From the NCBI GenBank assembly GCA_016860985.1, contig BOKM01000001.1:655462-719461 (forward strand): 64,000 nt of DNA. The letters run 5' to 3'. Below the pieces are notes generated by a model, which was not told the origin of the DNA, ran no database searches, and was given only the letters and a program-made list of their open reading frames with translations. Each line of letters opens with the position of its first letter. The stretch's first letter is position 1. The position numbers and the translations under genes were made by a program. Positions 54,934 to 64,000 of this stretch are shown here, in pieces. Origin of the DNA: Patescibacteria group bacterium (GTDB taxonomy: Bacteria; Patescibacteriota; Dojkabacteria; GCA-002793355).

Positions 54934-55400
54934 AAAATTCTGAATAGTCCCCATAACGCAACAGCTACAACTCCTCCGAACTTGAGGATTACACTCACCA
55001 AAAATCCAAGAAAAGCACCGAACCCTGCCTTGCTTGCATTTGAAAGATCTTTCTTTGCTATTACGACTTCCAAAAGTGTGGCTCCAAGAAAGGGTCCGAT
55101 CAACATGCCTACTGGACCTCCAATGATAACTCCACCGATTCCACCGAGTATTGCACCTACAATCCCCCATTTAGAAGAACCAAAACGGCTTGCTCCAAGT
55201 GGAGTGATAAAGTTGTCGAGCAGTGAGATAACCAACGAGATGAGTGCAAGTACAATAAGTTGTGTTGTGGTAAAAACAGTAAACCCCGTAGACATGCTGT
55301 GAAGAAGAAATGCACCCCACACAAACCAAATACCAGGCAAGTTAAACAACGAAAGCAATATTCCAGAAAGAATAAGAAGAACAATAATGATATTAAGCAT
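54930..55400 (-). CDS. DUF456-family small membrane protein
   Basis: Four hydrophobic helices and an LGASRFGSSKWGIVGAILGGIGG glycine-zipper region. Confidence 0.55.
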   Translation of the reverse strand: MLNIIIVLLILSGILLSLFNLPGIWFVWGAFLLHSMSTGFTVFTTTQLIVLALISLVISLLDNFITPLGASRFGSSKWGIVGAILGGIGGVIIGGPVGMLIGPFLGATLLEVVIAKKDLSNASKAGFGAFLGFLVSVILKFGGVVAVALWGLFRIF

Positions 55401-55450
55401 AAGTAAATTATAACACCCCTAACAGTGAGGTTTTGTGATATAATGACGGC

Positions 55451-56590
55451 ATGAAATCAATCGGAATTGTAGGGCTTCCTAACGTAGGTAAATCAACCTT
55501 GTTTAACGTAATTGCCAAGCTTGCAGTTCCTGCTGAGAACTTTCCTTTTTGTACGATTGATAAAAATGTAGGTATTGTTGAATACCGCGATGAACGAATC
55601 CTTAACCTTGCAAAGCTCTTTCAGTCGAACGAAATTTTTCCTGCTGTAATCCAATTTGTTGATATTGCAGGTTTAGTGAAAGGTGCCTCTAAAGGCGAAG
55701 GTTTAGGAAATCAATTTTTGTCTCATATTCGCGAAGTCGACCTTGTGATGTATCTACTCCGGGCTTTTCCTGATAAGCAAGTTACACATGTGTATGACCG
55801 AATCGACCCCAAAAAGGACTTTGAAGATGTTTTGACCGAGCTTATTCTTAAGGATGTTGAAACGGTAGAAAAAAAGATTGTGGCAATGGGTAAAGATGTC
55901 CGTTCCGGTAAAGACGACAAGGTTAAAGTTCAGCACGATGCGTTGCAAAAATTATTAAAGCAACTACTCGAAGGAAAGACCGCCTATCGCTTTAAAAATG
56001 ACCCAGAAAACAAATCAAACGAAGCAATTCGACAAATTATCCATGATATCTTTTTATTGACCTCTAAGCCCTTTTTGGTTGTACTCAATATTTCGTATAT
56101 AGATATGAGTGAACCAGCATATGTTGAGAAAGTAGCTCAGTGGAAAAAGGAAGTAATCGAGTTTGCCGACTTTGCTTTTGGACCAGATGTTGTTGGTGAT
56201 GTTGCGTTTATCGATTCTAAATTCCTAGCAGATATTCAAAGCTTCTCGGCCGAAGAGTTAGATGAAATGAAAAAAGATCTTTCGTATTTTTGCGATGTGC
56301 AAACATTAATTGAAATTGCAAAAAAGAAGCTTCACTTTATCAATTTTTATGTTGGAAACGAGAAAGATACACGAAGTTGGTTCCTTACCGAAGGTGATAC
56401 AGCAGTTGATGCTGCGGCCTGTATTCATACAAGTATTGCAGAAAAGTTTGTTCGCGCACAGATAACGAATGCAGGAGATATTCTTTCACTTGGTGGTTTT
56501 AACGAAGTAAAAGCAGCGGGTAAATTGCAAACAGTAGGCAAAACCTACGTGATGCAAGACGGTGACTATATCAATGTGCTGACGAGCTGA
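55451..56590 (+). CDS. ychF: Ribosome-binding ATPase YchF (Obg-family GTPase)
   Basis: G1 motif GIVGLPNVGKSTLFN, G3 motif DIAGLVKGAS, C-terminal TGS domain. TGA stop. Confidence 0.85.
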   Translation: MKSIGIVGLPNVGKSTLFNVIAKLAVPAENFPFCTIDKNVGIVEYRDERILNLAKLFQSNEIFPAVIQFVDIAGLVKGASKGEGLGNQFLSHIREVDLVMYLLRAFPDKQVTHVYDRIDPKKDFEDVLTELILKDVETVEKKIVAMGKDVRSGKDDKVKVQHDALQKLLKQLLEGKTAYRFKNDPENKSNEAIRQIIHDIFLLTSKPFLVVLNISYIDMSEPAYVEKVAQWKKEVIEFADFAFGPDVVGDVAFIDSKFLADIQSFSAEELDEMKKDLSYFCDVQTLIEIAKKKLHFINFYVGNEKDTRSWFLTEGDTAVDAAACIHTSIAEKFVRAQITNAGDILSLGGFNEVKAAGKLQTVGKTYVMQDGDYINVLTS

Positions 56591-56629
56591 GCTAGGGAAC
56601 GCAATTTTCATGAGGTATAATTGGTAGTT

Positions 56630-57391
56630 ATGAAGCATATTACCTTTGTTGCAGATGATTTCGGTTTGACAAAAAGTGTAAATAGTGGGATTCTTGATGC
56701 CTACAAGAAAGGTTCCATTCAAGGTATCGCAATCATGATTATGGCAGACGAAACTGAAGAGGCCATTCAAATGATTAAAGATAACAGCATCAATGAAGTG
56801 GGAATTCATACTTCGCTTTTTTCCTTTAAGAGTGCAGAACGTAAACAGAGGAGTGATTTTATCGAATTCTTTAGAAATGCAAGTGACGAACAAGTAAAGG
56901 AGGCAGTATACAAGGAATTCGCTCTATATGAATCATTACTTGGTCAAAAACCAACATTCATCGCTCCTCAGTGGAATATGCATGGTAATCTTCGAGTATT
57001 AAAATACGTCGCGGAGTATGCCATTTTACATAATATTCCGGTTCGTATCCCACGAGCTGTACTAGTTGTTGAAGAGATTACAGACAAGAACTACTCTGCA
57101 GAAATATACCTTAAACGTTTGGGCGTTCGTATGCCGACACATCTTTTTGCCCATATTTTAGGTAGTGATGCGTCGGAAATAAAACACGCGTTAATTGAAG
57201 AACTGTCGACTGTCAAAGACGGAGATAGCGTAGAAGTAATATTTCACCCAGGGTACCTTGATAAAGAACTACTTGATATATCGTCGTTGAACTATGAACG
57301 TGTACGAGATATGAATATTCTTTTTGATGACGAATTTATGAATAATGTGAAAGCGTTAGGGTTTACATTTGTGCCATTTACCAACTTATGA
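56630..57391 (+). CDS. YdjC/ChbG-like carbohydrate deacetylase-family protein
   Basis: N-terminal ITFVADDFGLTKSVNSGIL is typical of the YdjC family. A TATAAT at 56616-56621 ends 8 nt before the ATG, so the mRNA is near-leaderless. Confidence 0.55.
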   Translation: MKHITFVADDFGLTKSVNSGILDAYKKGSIQGIAIMIMADETEEAIQMIKDNSINEVGIHTSLFSFKSAERKQRSDFIEFFRNASDEQVKEAVYKEFALYESLLGQKPTFIAPQWNMHGNLRVLKYVAEYAILHNIPVRIPRAVLVVEEITDKNYSAEIYLKRLGVRMPTHLFAHILGSDASEIKHALIEELSTVKDGDSVEVIFHPGYLDKELLDISSLNYERVRDMNILFDDEFMNNVKALGFTFVPFTNL

Positions 57392-58197
57392 AAAAACAAT
57401 TAATTATCACGGGCCACGATCTCGGTTTTTCTGAATCAGTAAATGAAGGATTCGAATATATAAGGGTTTCGGGCAAAAAGGTATTTTCGGAGCTTTCCTT
57501 ATTGCCAAACGGTTTTGCAAGTAACACGGCAATTGATATTGCGAAATCGTTTGAATTACCCGTAAATCTTTGTTTTTGTTTAACAAATTCGAAGTTCAAA
57601 GCGTTAACAGGTCCAAGTTCGCTAACTACTGAAGATGGATACCTAAAAAATGCAGACACCAAGAATTGGGATTTCTCTGTGATTGACGCTTTTGATCCAG
57701 TAGATATCGAAAAGGAATTGATTGCGCAATACGAGTGGTTTGTTACAAACATGGGAAGAAAACCGTCTGCTCTTGTTGCGCAGAAGGGGGAGTATGGCGA
57801 CCCTAAGGTACTTGAGCCTTTTGTTACATTAGCAAAAAAAGAAAACCTTCCCGTTCGTGCACCTTGGTGGAGGTGGAAGACAAACTACGGAGCACAGTCT
57901 TTTGTAGAAGCTGAAGGTATCACAACTACGCAGGGAATATTTATGGGTATCAAGGACTGGAGAGGACGGTTAGGCTACGATTTGGAAGTTGATTTGGAAC
58001 AATTACTGCATGACATAGATAGTAATGAAGGAGTATCCGAGCTTATTCTATTTGTTGGTTTTTGTAGTAAAGAAATGTTCGCTATGTCGAGTGTTTCGTG
58101 GCAACGTGGGCAATTACTAAATATTGTAAAACGAAAATATCACATCATTGAACGACTGTTCGATGAATTCGATATTATTGGATTTTCAGGTATATAA
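57388..58197 (+). CDS. Second, divergent YdjC-like carbohydrate deacetylase-family protein
   Basis: LIITGHDLGFSESVNEGF. The ATGA overlaps the stop of the upstream paralog. Confidence 0.45.
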   Translation: MKKQLIITGHDLGFSESVNEGFEYIRVSGKKVFSELSLLPNGFASNTAIDIAKSFELPVNLCFCLTNSKFKALTGPSSLTTEDGYLKNADTKNWDFSVIDAFDPVDIEKELIAQYEWFVTNMGRKPSALVAQKGEYGDPKVLEPFVTLAKKENLPVRAPWWRWKTNYGAQSFVEAEGITTTQGIFMGIKDWRGRLGYDLEVDLEQLLHDIDSNEGVSELILFVGFCSKEMFAMSSVSWQRGQLLNIVKRKYHIIERLFDEFDIIGFSGI

Positions 58198-58203
58198 CGG
58201 TAA

Positions 58204-58686
58204 CTATTTTTCCACTACCGACACAAGAAAATCGACGAGTTCCTTTTTGAATGAAGGAAATTCTCTCTGTGCATTGTAGTTTTTAAGGGCAGTCGTAAAT
58301 TCGTTGTAAGTATATGCAATTGGCAAATTAAGTTCAGGTCCGGCGACTTGGCAAAAATCAAGCTGATGTCCATCCAGATGTTCTTTTCTCATCGGATCTC
58401 GTGGTACGATAATTGGGACTTTTTTTAAATCAACGAGGTCAAGTACGTTACCAATTCCTGCATGAACAATCGAAATTCGAGCTTCTTTGAACTCTGCCAT
58501 CTGTTGTTGAAAGGGCACTGTTGAAACCATGATAATATTTTTGTGCCGTGGTTTGTACGTGGTTGCTCCTGATTGTACTAAAATCTCTTCTTTTTCTGGT
58601 AATAAGCCATCGTCAATTGCTTGATCCAGCCATTCCATAAGGCGAGTAAATTGGAACTTTTCCGTGCCGAGTGCGACTTTGATCAT
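58204..58686 (-). CDS. Alg13-like glycosyltransferase catalytic subunit (Glyco_tran_28_C; EpsF/PssE type)
   Basis: Length 160 aa; IVHAGIGNVLDLVDLKKVPIIVPR. Confidence 0.6.
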   Translation of the reverse strand: MIKVALGTEKFQFTRLMEWLDQAIDDGLLPEKEEILVQSGATTYKPRHKNIIMVSTVPFQQQMAEFKEARISIVHAGIGNVLDLVDLKKVPIIVPRDPMRKEHLDGHQLDFCQVAGPELNLPIAYTYNEFTTALKNYNAQREFPSFKKELVDFLVSVVEK

Positions 58687-59168
58687 AGAACTTTTCCTTT
58701 ATAAAGTAATCTGGAGTGCAAACGAGTGTTATTTGGCCATTGTGTTAGGCGAATGTGAGAGAAAAAGTACACTAATTTCATAGAAAAAGACATGCCAATG
58801 GTACGGGTGAGTGAATCAATAAAAATTGTTTTTGTCTTTAAAAAAGGAGAGAAAAGCCAGCCAAGCCAAATATAAGGAACGCCAACACCAGCTCCCGTAC
58901 TCAGAATGTGAGTGTATTTACCTGAGAACACAATTTTGAGTGCAAGAAATGTATTTTTGATATTGTTTGGAAAGTTAGGAAAATTGGTAGGGAACGGTGC
59001 CCAAATTACATTTTTTTCATCTTTGAGTTGGCCTGGACCATTACCATTTGGAAAGGTCACCCAAGTATGATCGTATCGGCTCCAAAAGTCTTTTAACTCA
59101 TACATCTGTTTAAGGTGGCCTCCTGTTGAGCAAACAAGGAGGAGATGTGGTTTTTTCTCTGCTTGCAT
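58683..59168 (-). CDS. Alg14-like glycosyltransferase membrane-anchor subunit (EpsE/PssD type)
   Basis: HLLLVCSTGGHLKQM; overlaps the Alg13-like gene by 4 nt; TGA stop. Confidence 0.6.
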   Translation of the reverse strand: MQAEKKPHLLLVCSTGGHLKQMYELKDFWSRYDHTWVTFPNGNGPGQLKDEKNVIWAPFPTNFPNFPNNIKNTFLALKIVFSGKYTHILSTGAGVGVPYIWLGWLFSPFLKTKTIFIDSLTRTIGMSFSMKLVYFFSHIRLTQWPNNTRLHSRLLYKGKVL

Positions 59169-59186
59169 TATAACGAGTATAACATG

Positions 59187-61478
59187 TTATGGGTGTGCGT
59201 AGAGTTGCTCGAGTTTTGTAATGTGATCTGAATAATTGTAATTCAGCGCACTCTTTTGAGCTGCAACCTGCATTGTATGAAGAAGCTTTCTATCGACAGC
59301 GAGTTTAACGATGGCGTCGGCAAATCCTTGTGCATCGTCTGGAGCAAAGCGAAATCCTGTTTTTCCATCGGTTACTAAGTCGTTTAGCCCGCCAACTGCA
59401 CTAGTAATTGCGGTTAACCCATTAATATAAGCTTCTAGAACAACAATTCCAAAACTCTCGTAAAGTGAGGGAAGTAGGAATATATGTGCGTTACTGTAAA
59501 CGTTTGTAATTTCTTCGTGTGGAACCTGTCCGACAAGATTGACACAATCGCCAACATCATAGGTTAAAATTTCACGAAGTATCTTTGTTTTCTCGGGTCC
59601 ATCGCCGACGATGTCAATAGAAAAGGGTATGTTCTGTTCTTTAATAAGTGCAGCAATTTTGGGAATAATGTGAAGATTCTTGACAGATGCAAGACGCGAT
59701 ACTGTAACAATTTTAAGTGGCTCTTTCTGGGTCGTTGCTTTTACCTCTCTCAATTTTGAAGGAATAGTGATCGCATTGGGTAATACGTGCCATTTCGAGC
59801 AGGCCTCTTGTAATCCGTACTGTGAAAATACATCGGAAATCTGCGTCAATAAGGTTTGGGAAACGACGGCGACTGTGTTGCATCGATTAAAAACCGTTCG
59901 GAGTAACCATCTGCCACCAGTTCTCTTTAATATTTTCTCAAAAAATTTTGGAGCTTCTCCGCTATGGAGGTGAAGTATTGTTTTGTCGGCAAACCAAGAG
60001 AGGTCAAAAAGTATGATTGCCTTTCGAATAAAACTCCCACCTGTTGCCATGTGGAGGTGGATAACACTTCTTTGACCTTTCAGGACATTAAGCAGCAGAT
60101 TAGTTGCAAGCAACACATAACTTCGAGTAAATGCCTGCACGGTGTTTCGTAATGGTCCGTCGGTATGGGTTGGAAGAATTTTTATAGAAATAGTATCTTT
60201 TGCTTGAGCTGTGGTTTCTTTTATATATGTTGCAATTCCACCCATTGCAGTACTTCCAAGAAAATATACTTGTGGTTTGGTGGTTTTATTTTTTTTGCCA
60301 AGTGCAAAAAGCATTGCCCAGTAAGTCGCAAGAAAGGTTGAGTACACTACATGTCCTGTAATAATGCTTAGCGCCAGGAGCAGAATGTTGATACTTAAGA
60401 TAAACCTATCTGCAGGCGTGCGTGTTTTGTATGATGTAAGCGCAGTTATCCAACAGGCATAATATGCAATTGAGAATATCCCAAAGGTAAAAAGTAAATC
60501 GACTGGGTCGACTTCTATAGTTTTTAACCGATTCATGTAGGGAATCATTCCTTGCTGTGCTCCAAGATATCCTTTTCCAACAATCTTCTCTACAATAGAG
60601 TAGTCGTTTGCATACATCGTAAACCCGAATTTAAGATGTTTATCCCTCTCGCTAAAGACTGCGGCAACAATACCACTTCGCTCACTTATTTCTTTTACTC
60701 TTACAAAGAACTGTGGTGATGTAATTGAGAGTACCCACATGCCTGCGAGGAAAATAACAAGAGTCGCTACGGTTGCACCTATCTTTTTGGTAAGGGAAAA
60801 TCCATTAATTTTTGAAAATATAGGTTTCGCATAGAGAATAAGAGGAAGAAGCACAGTTAAAAGTGGGAGACCAAACAATAAGGACTTCATTCCTTGTAGT
60901 GGTCCGAGTATCAACAGTACAACGCTAAAGGCAAGGGCAGGTATCTTCTTACCATCTGTGTAAAGCAAATATAGAATCGTTGCAGAAGTTACAAGTAGGG
61001 TTAATGCCATTTCGTTGCCCGAATAGAAAAAACCTTTGTATCCATAGCCCAGTGCATATTGAGTAAACCCAAGCCCAACGTAACCAAGTAGAATGTTTAC
61101 AACAATTGTTACCCACGCTATTGCATTTGCCCAAAAAATGAAAGTAGAGGTTGCATACCTCAGGAGAAAAATAAGTGGAATGATGTAGGTTACCTTAACG
61201 ACAAACAGAAGATCTTGTGCAATCGCATTTCCAGAGGAATTAGCACCAGTTAAGACATGGATAAAAACAAAAAGTAACCCCAGTGCAACAGAAAACAAGT
61301 AATACGCTCTCTCTTTCCTTGTGAGTAATACAAAACTAAGGGCAAGAACGGCACCTTTGTATACCTGTCCGACGTTTCCTAAAAAGACATTATCCCTAAT
61401 TAAATTGGCGTTAAGTAATTCAATGAATGGTGTAAGGCAGATAAGTATAAAAAAAAGTGCTAATAATTTTTGTTTCAT
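59187..61478 (-). CDS. Fusion protein: N-terminal polytopic Wzy/O-antigen-polymerase-like membrane domain + C-terminal GT4 glycosyltransferase
   Basis: About 12 hydrophobic helices in the first ~400 aa. The C-terminal half has the GT4 signature HIFLLPSLYESFGIVVLEAYINGLTAITSAVGG. Confidence 0.6.
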   Translation of the reverse strand: MKQKLLALFFILICLTPFIELLNANLIRDNVFLGNVGQVYKGAVLALSFVLLTRKERAYYLFSVALGLLFVFIHVLTGANSSGNAIAQDLLFVVKVTYIIPLIFLLRYATSTFIFWANAIAWVTIVVNILLGYVGLGFTQYALGYGYKGFFYSGNEMALTLLVTSATILYLLYTDGKKIPALAFSVVLLILGPLQGMKSLLFGLPLLTVLLPLILYAKPIFSKINGFSLTKKIGATVATLVIFLAGMWVLSITSPQFFVRVKEISERSGIVAAVFSERDKHLKFGFTMYANDYSIVEKIVGKGYLGAQQGMIPYMNRLKTIEVDPVDLLFTFGIFSIAYYACWITALTSYKTRTPADRFILSINILLLALSIITGHVVYSTFLATYWAMLFALGKKNKTTKPQVYFLGSTAMGGIATYIKETTAQAKDTISIKILPTHTDGPLRNTVQAFTRSYVLLATNLLLNVLKGQRSVIHLHMATGGSFIRKAIILFDLSWFADKTILHLHSGEAPKFFEKILKRTGGRWLLRTVFNRCNTVAVVSQTLLTQISDVFSQYGLQEACSKWHVLPNAITIPSKLREVKATTQKEPLKIVTVSRLASVKNLHIIPKIAALIKEQNIPFSIDIVGDGPEKTKILREILTYDVGDCVNLVGQVPHEEITNVYSNAHIFLLPSLYESFGIVVLEAYINGLTAITSAVGGLNDLVTDGKTGFRFAPDDAQGFADAIVKLAVDRKLLHTMQVAAQKSALNYNYSDHITKLEQLYAHP

Positions 61479-62272
61479 TTTTCCGTAAGCTTCTGCCTCA
61501 GTTTAAAAATCTTTCGAACAATCGATGTTGGAAGTAAACTCCGTAATTTCAGATTAAAAGCACTCTTTGCCGTGTATGCCGAATGTAGTAAATGGTGCAA
61601 TCTGTTGTTATCGTAGCGCTTTTTTATCTGTCCAACTTTTTTTAGTCCTTCAATTCTTTTTGCATCGGACATCCCTCCGGCATCGAGTTTTGCAACAGAA
61701 ACGGGTATCGTTTCAAAACTGTGCCCAAGAGAGTAGAGTTTATATACCTGATCATAATCTGCAGCAGGCAGCATACTCAAATCAAAGGGATATTGTTGCG
61801 CGAGTGAGGTTCGTTGAAACATTGCTTGGTGACAAAACGGCATATGTTGCCACATTGTAGAAACTGGGTTCGCCTTAAGTGTTTTTGTAACTCCCCAATC
61901 AAAATTCATAAGTGCTGTACCATAGACTACATCTGCGCTTGTTCTTTCAAGATACGGTGCAACTCGTTCAAAAACTTGGGTGTCAATCAGTTGGTCATCG
62001 CTTTGGAGGTAATAAATCCACTCTCCTTTGGCGTGCGAGGCAGCGATATTCATGGCATCGTACAGGTTTTTATCTGGAGATGATTCAAAATATGTGAGAG
62101 CTTTGTGATACTTCGCAATTTTTTCTACCGTTGTGTCAGTCGAATTACCATCTTTAATTAAATATTCAAAATTTGTAAATGATTGGCCAAGAACACTGTT
62201 GATACATCGCTCAATTACATTTTCACGGTTTCTTACAACGGTAACGACAGAGATAAGTGGTCGGCTATTCAC
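61475..62272 (-). CDS. GT2-family glycosyltransferase
   Basis: ISVVTVVRNRENVIERCINSVLGQSFTNFEYLIKDGNSTD; DxD-like YLQSDD; TGA stop. Confidence 0.7.
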   Translation of the reverse strand: MNSRPLISVVTVVRNRENVIERCINSVLGQSFTNFEYLIKDGNSTDTTVEKIAKYHKALTYFESSPDKNLYDAMNIAASHAKGEWIYYLQSDDQLIDTQVFERVAPYLERTSADVVYGTALMNFDWGVTKTLKANPVSTMWQHMPFCHQAMFQRTSLAQQYPFDLSMLPAADYDQVYKLYSLGHSFETIPVSVAKLDAGGMSDAKRIEGLKKVGQIKKRYDNNRLHHLLHSAYTAKSAFNLKLRSLLPTSIVRKIFKLRQKLTEK

Positions 62273-63470
62273 CTTTTGCAGCGATTATTTTATCCAAAGC
62301 AAAGGAAAGTTCTTCAATATAGTTCTGTTTGGAGTGTGCCGTGTAAAAGTGCTTGTGTGCAGCTTTTGCCATAGTTTCGAGTTTTTCGGTTGAGAGTGCT
62401 TGTGCGTTCTTAATCGCTTTTTCAAGTGCGTCTTCTGTAATTGCGGAGAGGGGTACAACATATGAAGCGTTATCCTCTAATCCGCTTTCTGCTGTCGCAA
62501 TTGGAATAAGTGCTGAGTTTGTACAGGCATTAATGACAGAAGTGGGGCATCCTTCGCTGGCAGAAGGGGAGAGAAAGAATGCGCATCGATCAAGAATCTT
62601 CAGATATTCGGGTGAACTCATATCAACAAAACCTAACTGTTTAATGTTGGGCAACTTGAGTGTTTTTTCAAAGAATTTCAAAAATCGGGGTTCTCTTGTA
62701 AGTGGACCTGCTAGATAGAGTGTCCATTCTGGATTTTTTGCAAAAAGCTCTAATACAACGTCAATGCCTTTGTGAATTAGCCCTGCCGCCGGAAAAGTGC
62801 AGAAATTAAGTTTTGCCTTATCCCAATCTTTTGCTACTGAGAGGGTATCTTTGCTATCTCGAAAAATAAAGTTGATGTTGTGCAGTGGGTAAATTGGACC
62901 ACTAAAATCTTGCTTGTAGCTCTGATGAATGGTGCTGTTTCCGTAAGCAACAATTGCGTCTACAGCTTGGGTTTGAAGTGGATAAGCATTCGCCTCTATT
63001 CTCGCCGATTCTGGCAACCATACGCCATATTTCTCTTTGAATGCGACAAGCCTTTCAACCGTTTTTGAGTTGTGTGCAGCAGTATTCATTATTGTGCCGT
63101 AAAAGATTCGGATTGCCTTTGAATTTTGGCTATAGCTGTTGTTAAAGGGCTCTCCGAAACCGATAATCACGTCATATTCTGTAAAATCATAACGGCGTGA
63201 GTCTCTAAAATCCATGATATCGACGGTGTAATCACGTGTATCAAGTAGCTTGGCAATTTCAAGCACGTATTGAGAATTATTGTGTTTATAACTAATTCCT
63301 AGTTTAAAAGGGGCGGTGATATACGAAATGAGCGCTTTCTTTTCAGATTGTCGCTTAAAAAGGTTGTATATCGGTTTTTCGGTGCGGTAGATAAATCGTT
63401 TTGCTTTTGCAATCCCCTTGGCGTAGTACTCACTCAGTTTTTTATCAATTCGGAGCATATTATTTTTCAA
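62265..63470 (-). CDS. GT4-like (GT-B fold) glycosyltransferase
   Basis: C-terminal SPSASEGCPTSVINACTNSALIPIATAESG resembles the GT-B donor-binding E-x7-E region. Confidence 0.5.
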   Translation of the reverse strand: MKNNMLRIDKKLSEYYAKGIAKAKRFIYRTEKPIYNLFKRQSEKKALISYITAPFKLGISYKHNNSQYVLEIAKLLDTRDYTVDIMDFRDSRRYDFTEYDVIIGFGEPFNNSYSQNSKAIRIFYGTIMNTAAHNSKTVERLVAFKEKYGVWLPESARIEANAYPLQTQAVDAIVAYGNSTIHQSYKQDFSGPIYPLHNINFIFRDSKDTLSVAKDWDKAKLNFCTFPAAGLIHKGIDVVLELFAKNPEWTLYLAGPLTREPRFLKFFEKTLKLPNIKQLGFVDMSSPEYLKILDRCAFFLSPSASEGCPTSVINACTNSALIPIATAESGLEDNASYVVPLSAITEDALEKAIKNAQALSTEKLETMAKAAHKHFYTAHSKQNYIEELSFALDKIIAAKGE

Positions 63471-64000
63471 GAATGAATTTAATATTTTTTGGTGTAGGAA
63501 AAATACTTTGAAGCTCTATCCAGAAGATCTTTCTTGTTCGTGAGTCAAGTAAATTGGCAAAAAAACCTGGGTAAGTGTAGGCGATAAGTGTTGCCCAGGC
63601 AGCTCCTACCGCTCCATATTTTGGAACGAGAAGAATATTTAAAACTATATTAAGTGCTGCGGTCATAAATGTTCGGGCGACCTGAACTTTTTGCAATCGT
63701 TCATTTACTAACCAAATATCAACAATAAGCCCCATCGATATAAAGGGAAGTGACCAAATATGAACCTGCAAGGCTGGAAGTGCCGTGCTGTATTTTTCAC
63801 CCGCGTACAGTGAAATAGCGAGTGGACCGATAAGAAAGGTAAACGCTGCAATAACAAAAGTAACAAGGTTAATGAGTACTAAACTTTTTCTGATTCGTTT
63901 TTCGTAAATATCAGGAGTCTTGCTTTTTGCCTCGGCAATAAGTGGCGCGAGTGCTGTACTTACAGAATAAGGAACAAAATACCAAAGTTCCGAGAGACGG
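63460..64000 (-). CDS. Wzx-type (MOP superfamily) polysaccharide flippase, 5' partial at window edge
   Basis: The frame stays open from the track's TTG at 63771 to the window end. C-terminal PKYGAVGAAWATLIAYTYPGFF is typical of Wzx/polysaccharide-biosynthesis proteins. Confidence 0.55.
   Translation of the reverse strand, partial: RLSELWYFVPYSVSTALAPLIAEAKSKTPDIYEKRIRKSLVLINLVTFVIAAFTFLIGPLAISLYAGEKYSTALPALQVHIWSLPFISMGLIVDIWLVNERLQKVQVARTFMTAALNIVLNILLVPKYGAVGAAWATLIAYTYPGFFANLLDSRTRKIFWIELQSIFPTPKNIKFILEK

Noticed and set aside
1-64000. Alternative genetic code (UGA read as Gly, code 25) as the explanation for rare TGA stops and the split AEC permease
   Set aside because: TGA terminates ychF (56588-56590) and the genes ending at 33384, 58683 and 61475. 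All large conserved genes are intact under the standard code.
1-64000. CRISPR arrays, integrase, transposase, restriction-modification or toxin-antitoxin pairs
   Set aside because: No short direct-repeat/spacer ladder and no recognisable recombinase or RM motifs were seen. The only repeats are the coding 1,023-nt modules, the PT-linker low complexity and the 28-nt tRNA-end duplication.

Overview
Read by eye from the sequence and the ORF track; no database searches were run, so every family assignment rests on recognised motifs. The window is gene-dense, roughly 40% GC, and looks like a small-genome bacterium, most likely Candidate Phyla Radiation/Patescibacteria. Supporting signs are a giant surface protein, two FemAB-family paralogs, archaeal-type AMP phosphorylase plus ribose-1,5-bisphosphate isomerase, a short four-domain S1 protein, weak ribosome-binding sites and frequent gene overlaps.

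Layout, left to right:
- 2-11482: a 5'-truncated giant surface protein (at least 3,827 aa) built from ~1,023-nt tandem repeats, three LamG-like modules, Ig-like domains and a C-terminal membrane anchor.
- 11584-11655: a tRNA-Lys(CUU) without encoded CCA, followed by a 28-nt direct repeat of its own 3' end that looks like an integration scar.
- 11869-19003: a cell-wall and shape block with a methyltransferase, a FemAB paralog, a PEGA/beta-propeller membrane protein, mreB, GT4 and GT2 glycosyltransferases and a GNAT.
- 19146-27346: rplJ and rplL with a strong terminator, a small cytochrome b5-like membrane protein, then dnaX, dnaE and dnaA with DnaA boxes in the dnaE-dnaA spacer.
- 27347-41201: a membrane transglutaminase-like protein, the CCA-adding enzyme, rpsT, a 720-aa Cys-rich secreted protein, a WaaL/Wzy-like ligase, KhpB/Jag, a holin-like membrane protein, a Thr/Pro-rich surface protein, an HD hydrolase, cysS, an S1 protein, a nucleoside-deoxyribosyltransferase-like protein fused to a ribbon-helix-helix domain, and a VOC protein.
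- 41258-46576: an auxin-efflux-carrier permease broken by one in-frame TGA, clpC, a four-helix-bundle protein and radA.
- 46577-47047: a 470-nt intergenic region holding a consensus sigma70 promoter, a ~145-nt structured transcript and tandem terminators (a candidate small RNA or attenuator), then rho.
- 48392-56590: AMP/thymidine phosphorylase, a beta-CASP RNase, a LysM-M23 peptidase, the second FemAB, the e2b2 isomerase, a DUF456 protein and ychF.
- 56630-64000: a surface-glycan cluster with two YdjC-like deacetylases, a split Alg14/Alg13 pair, a Wzy-like membrane domain fused to GT4, GT2, GT4 and a 5'-partial Wzx flippase.

No CRISPR array, integrase, transposase or restriction-modification genes were seen. 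The standard genetic code applies; TGA is rare but does terminate ychF and three other genes.
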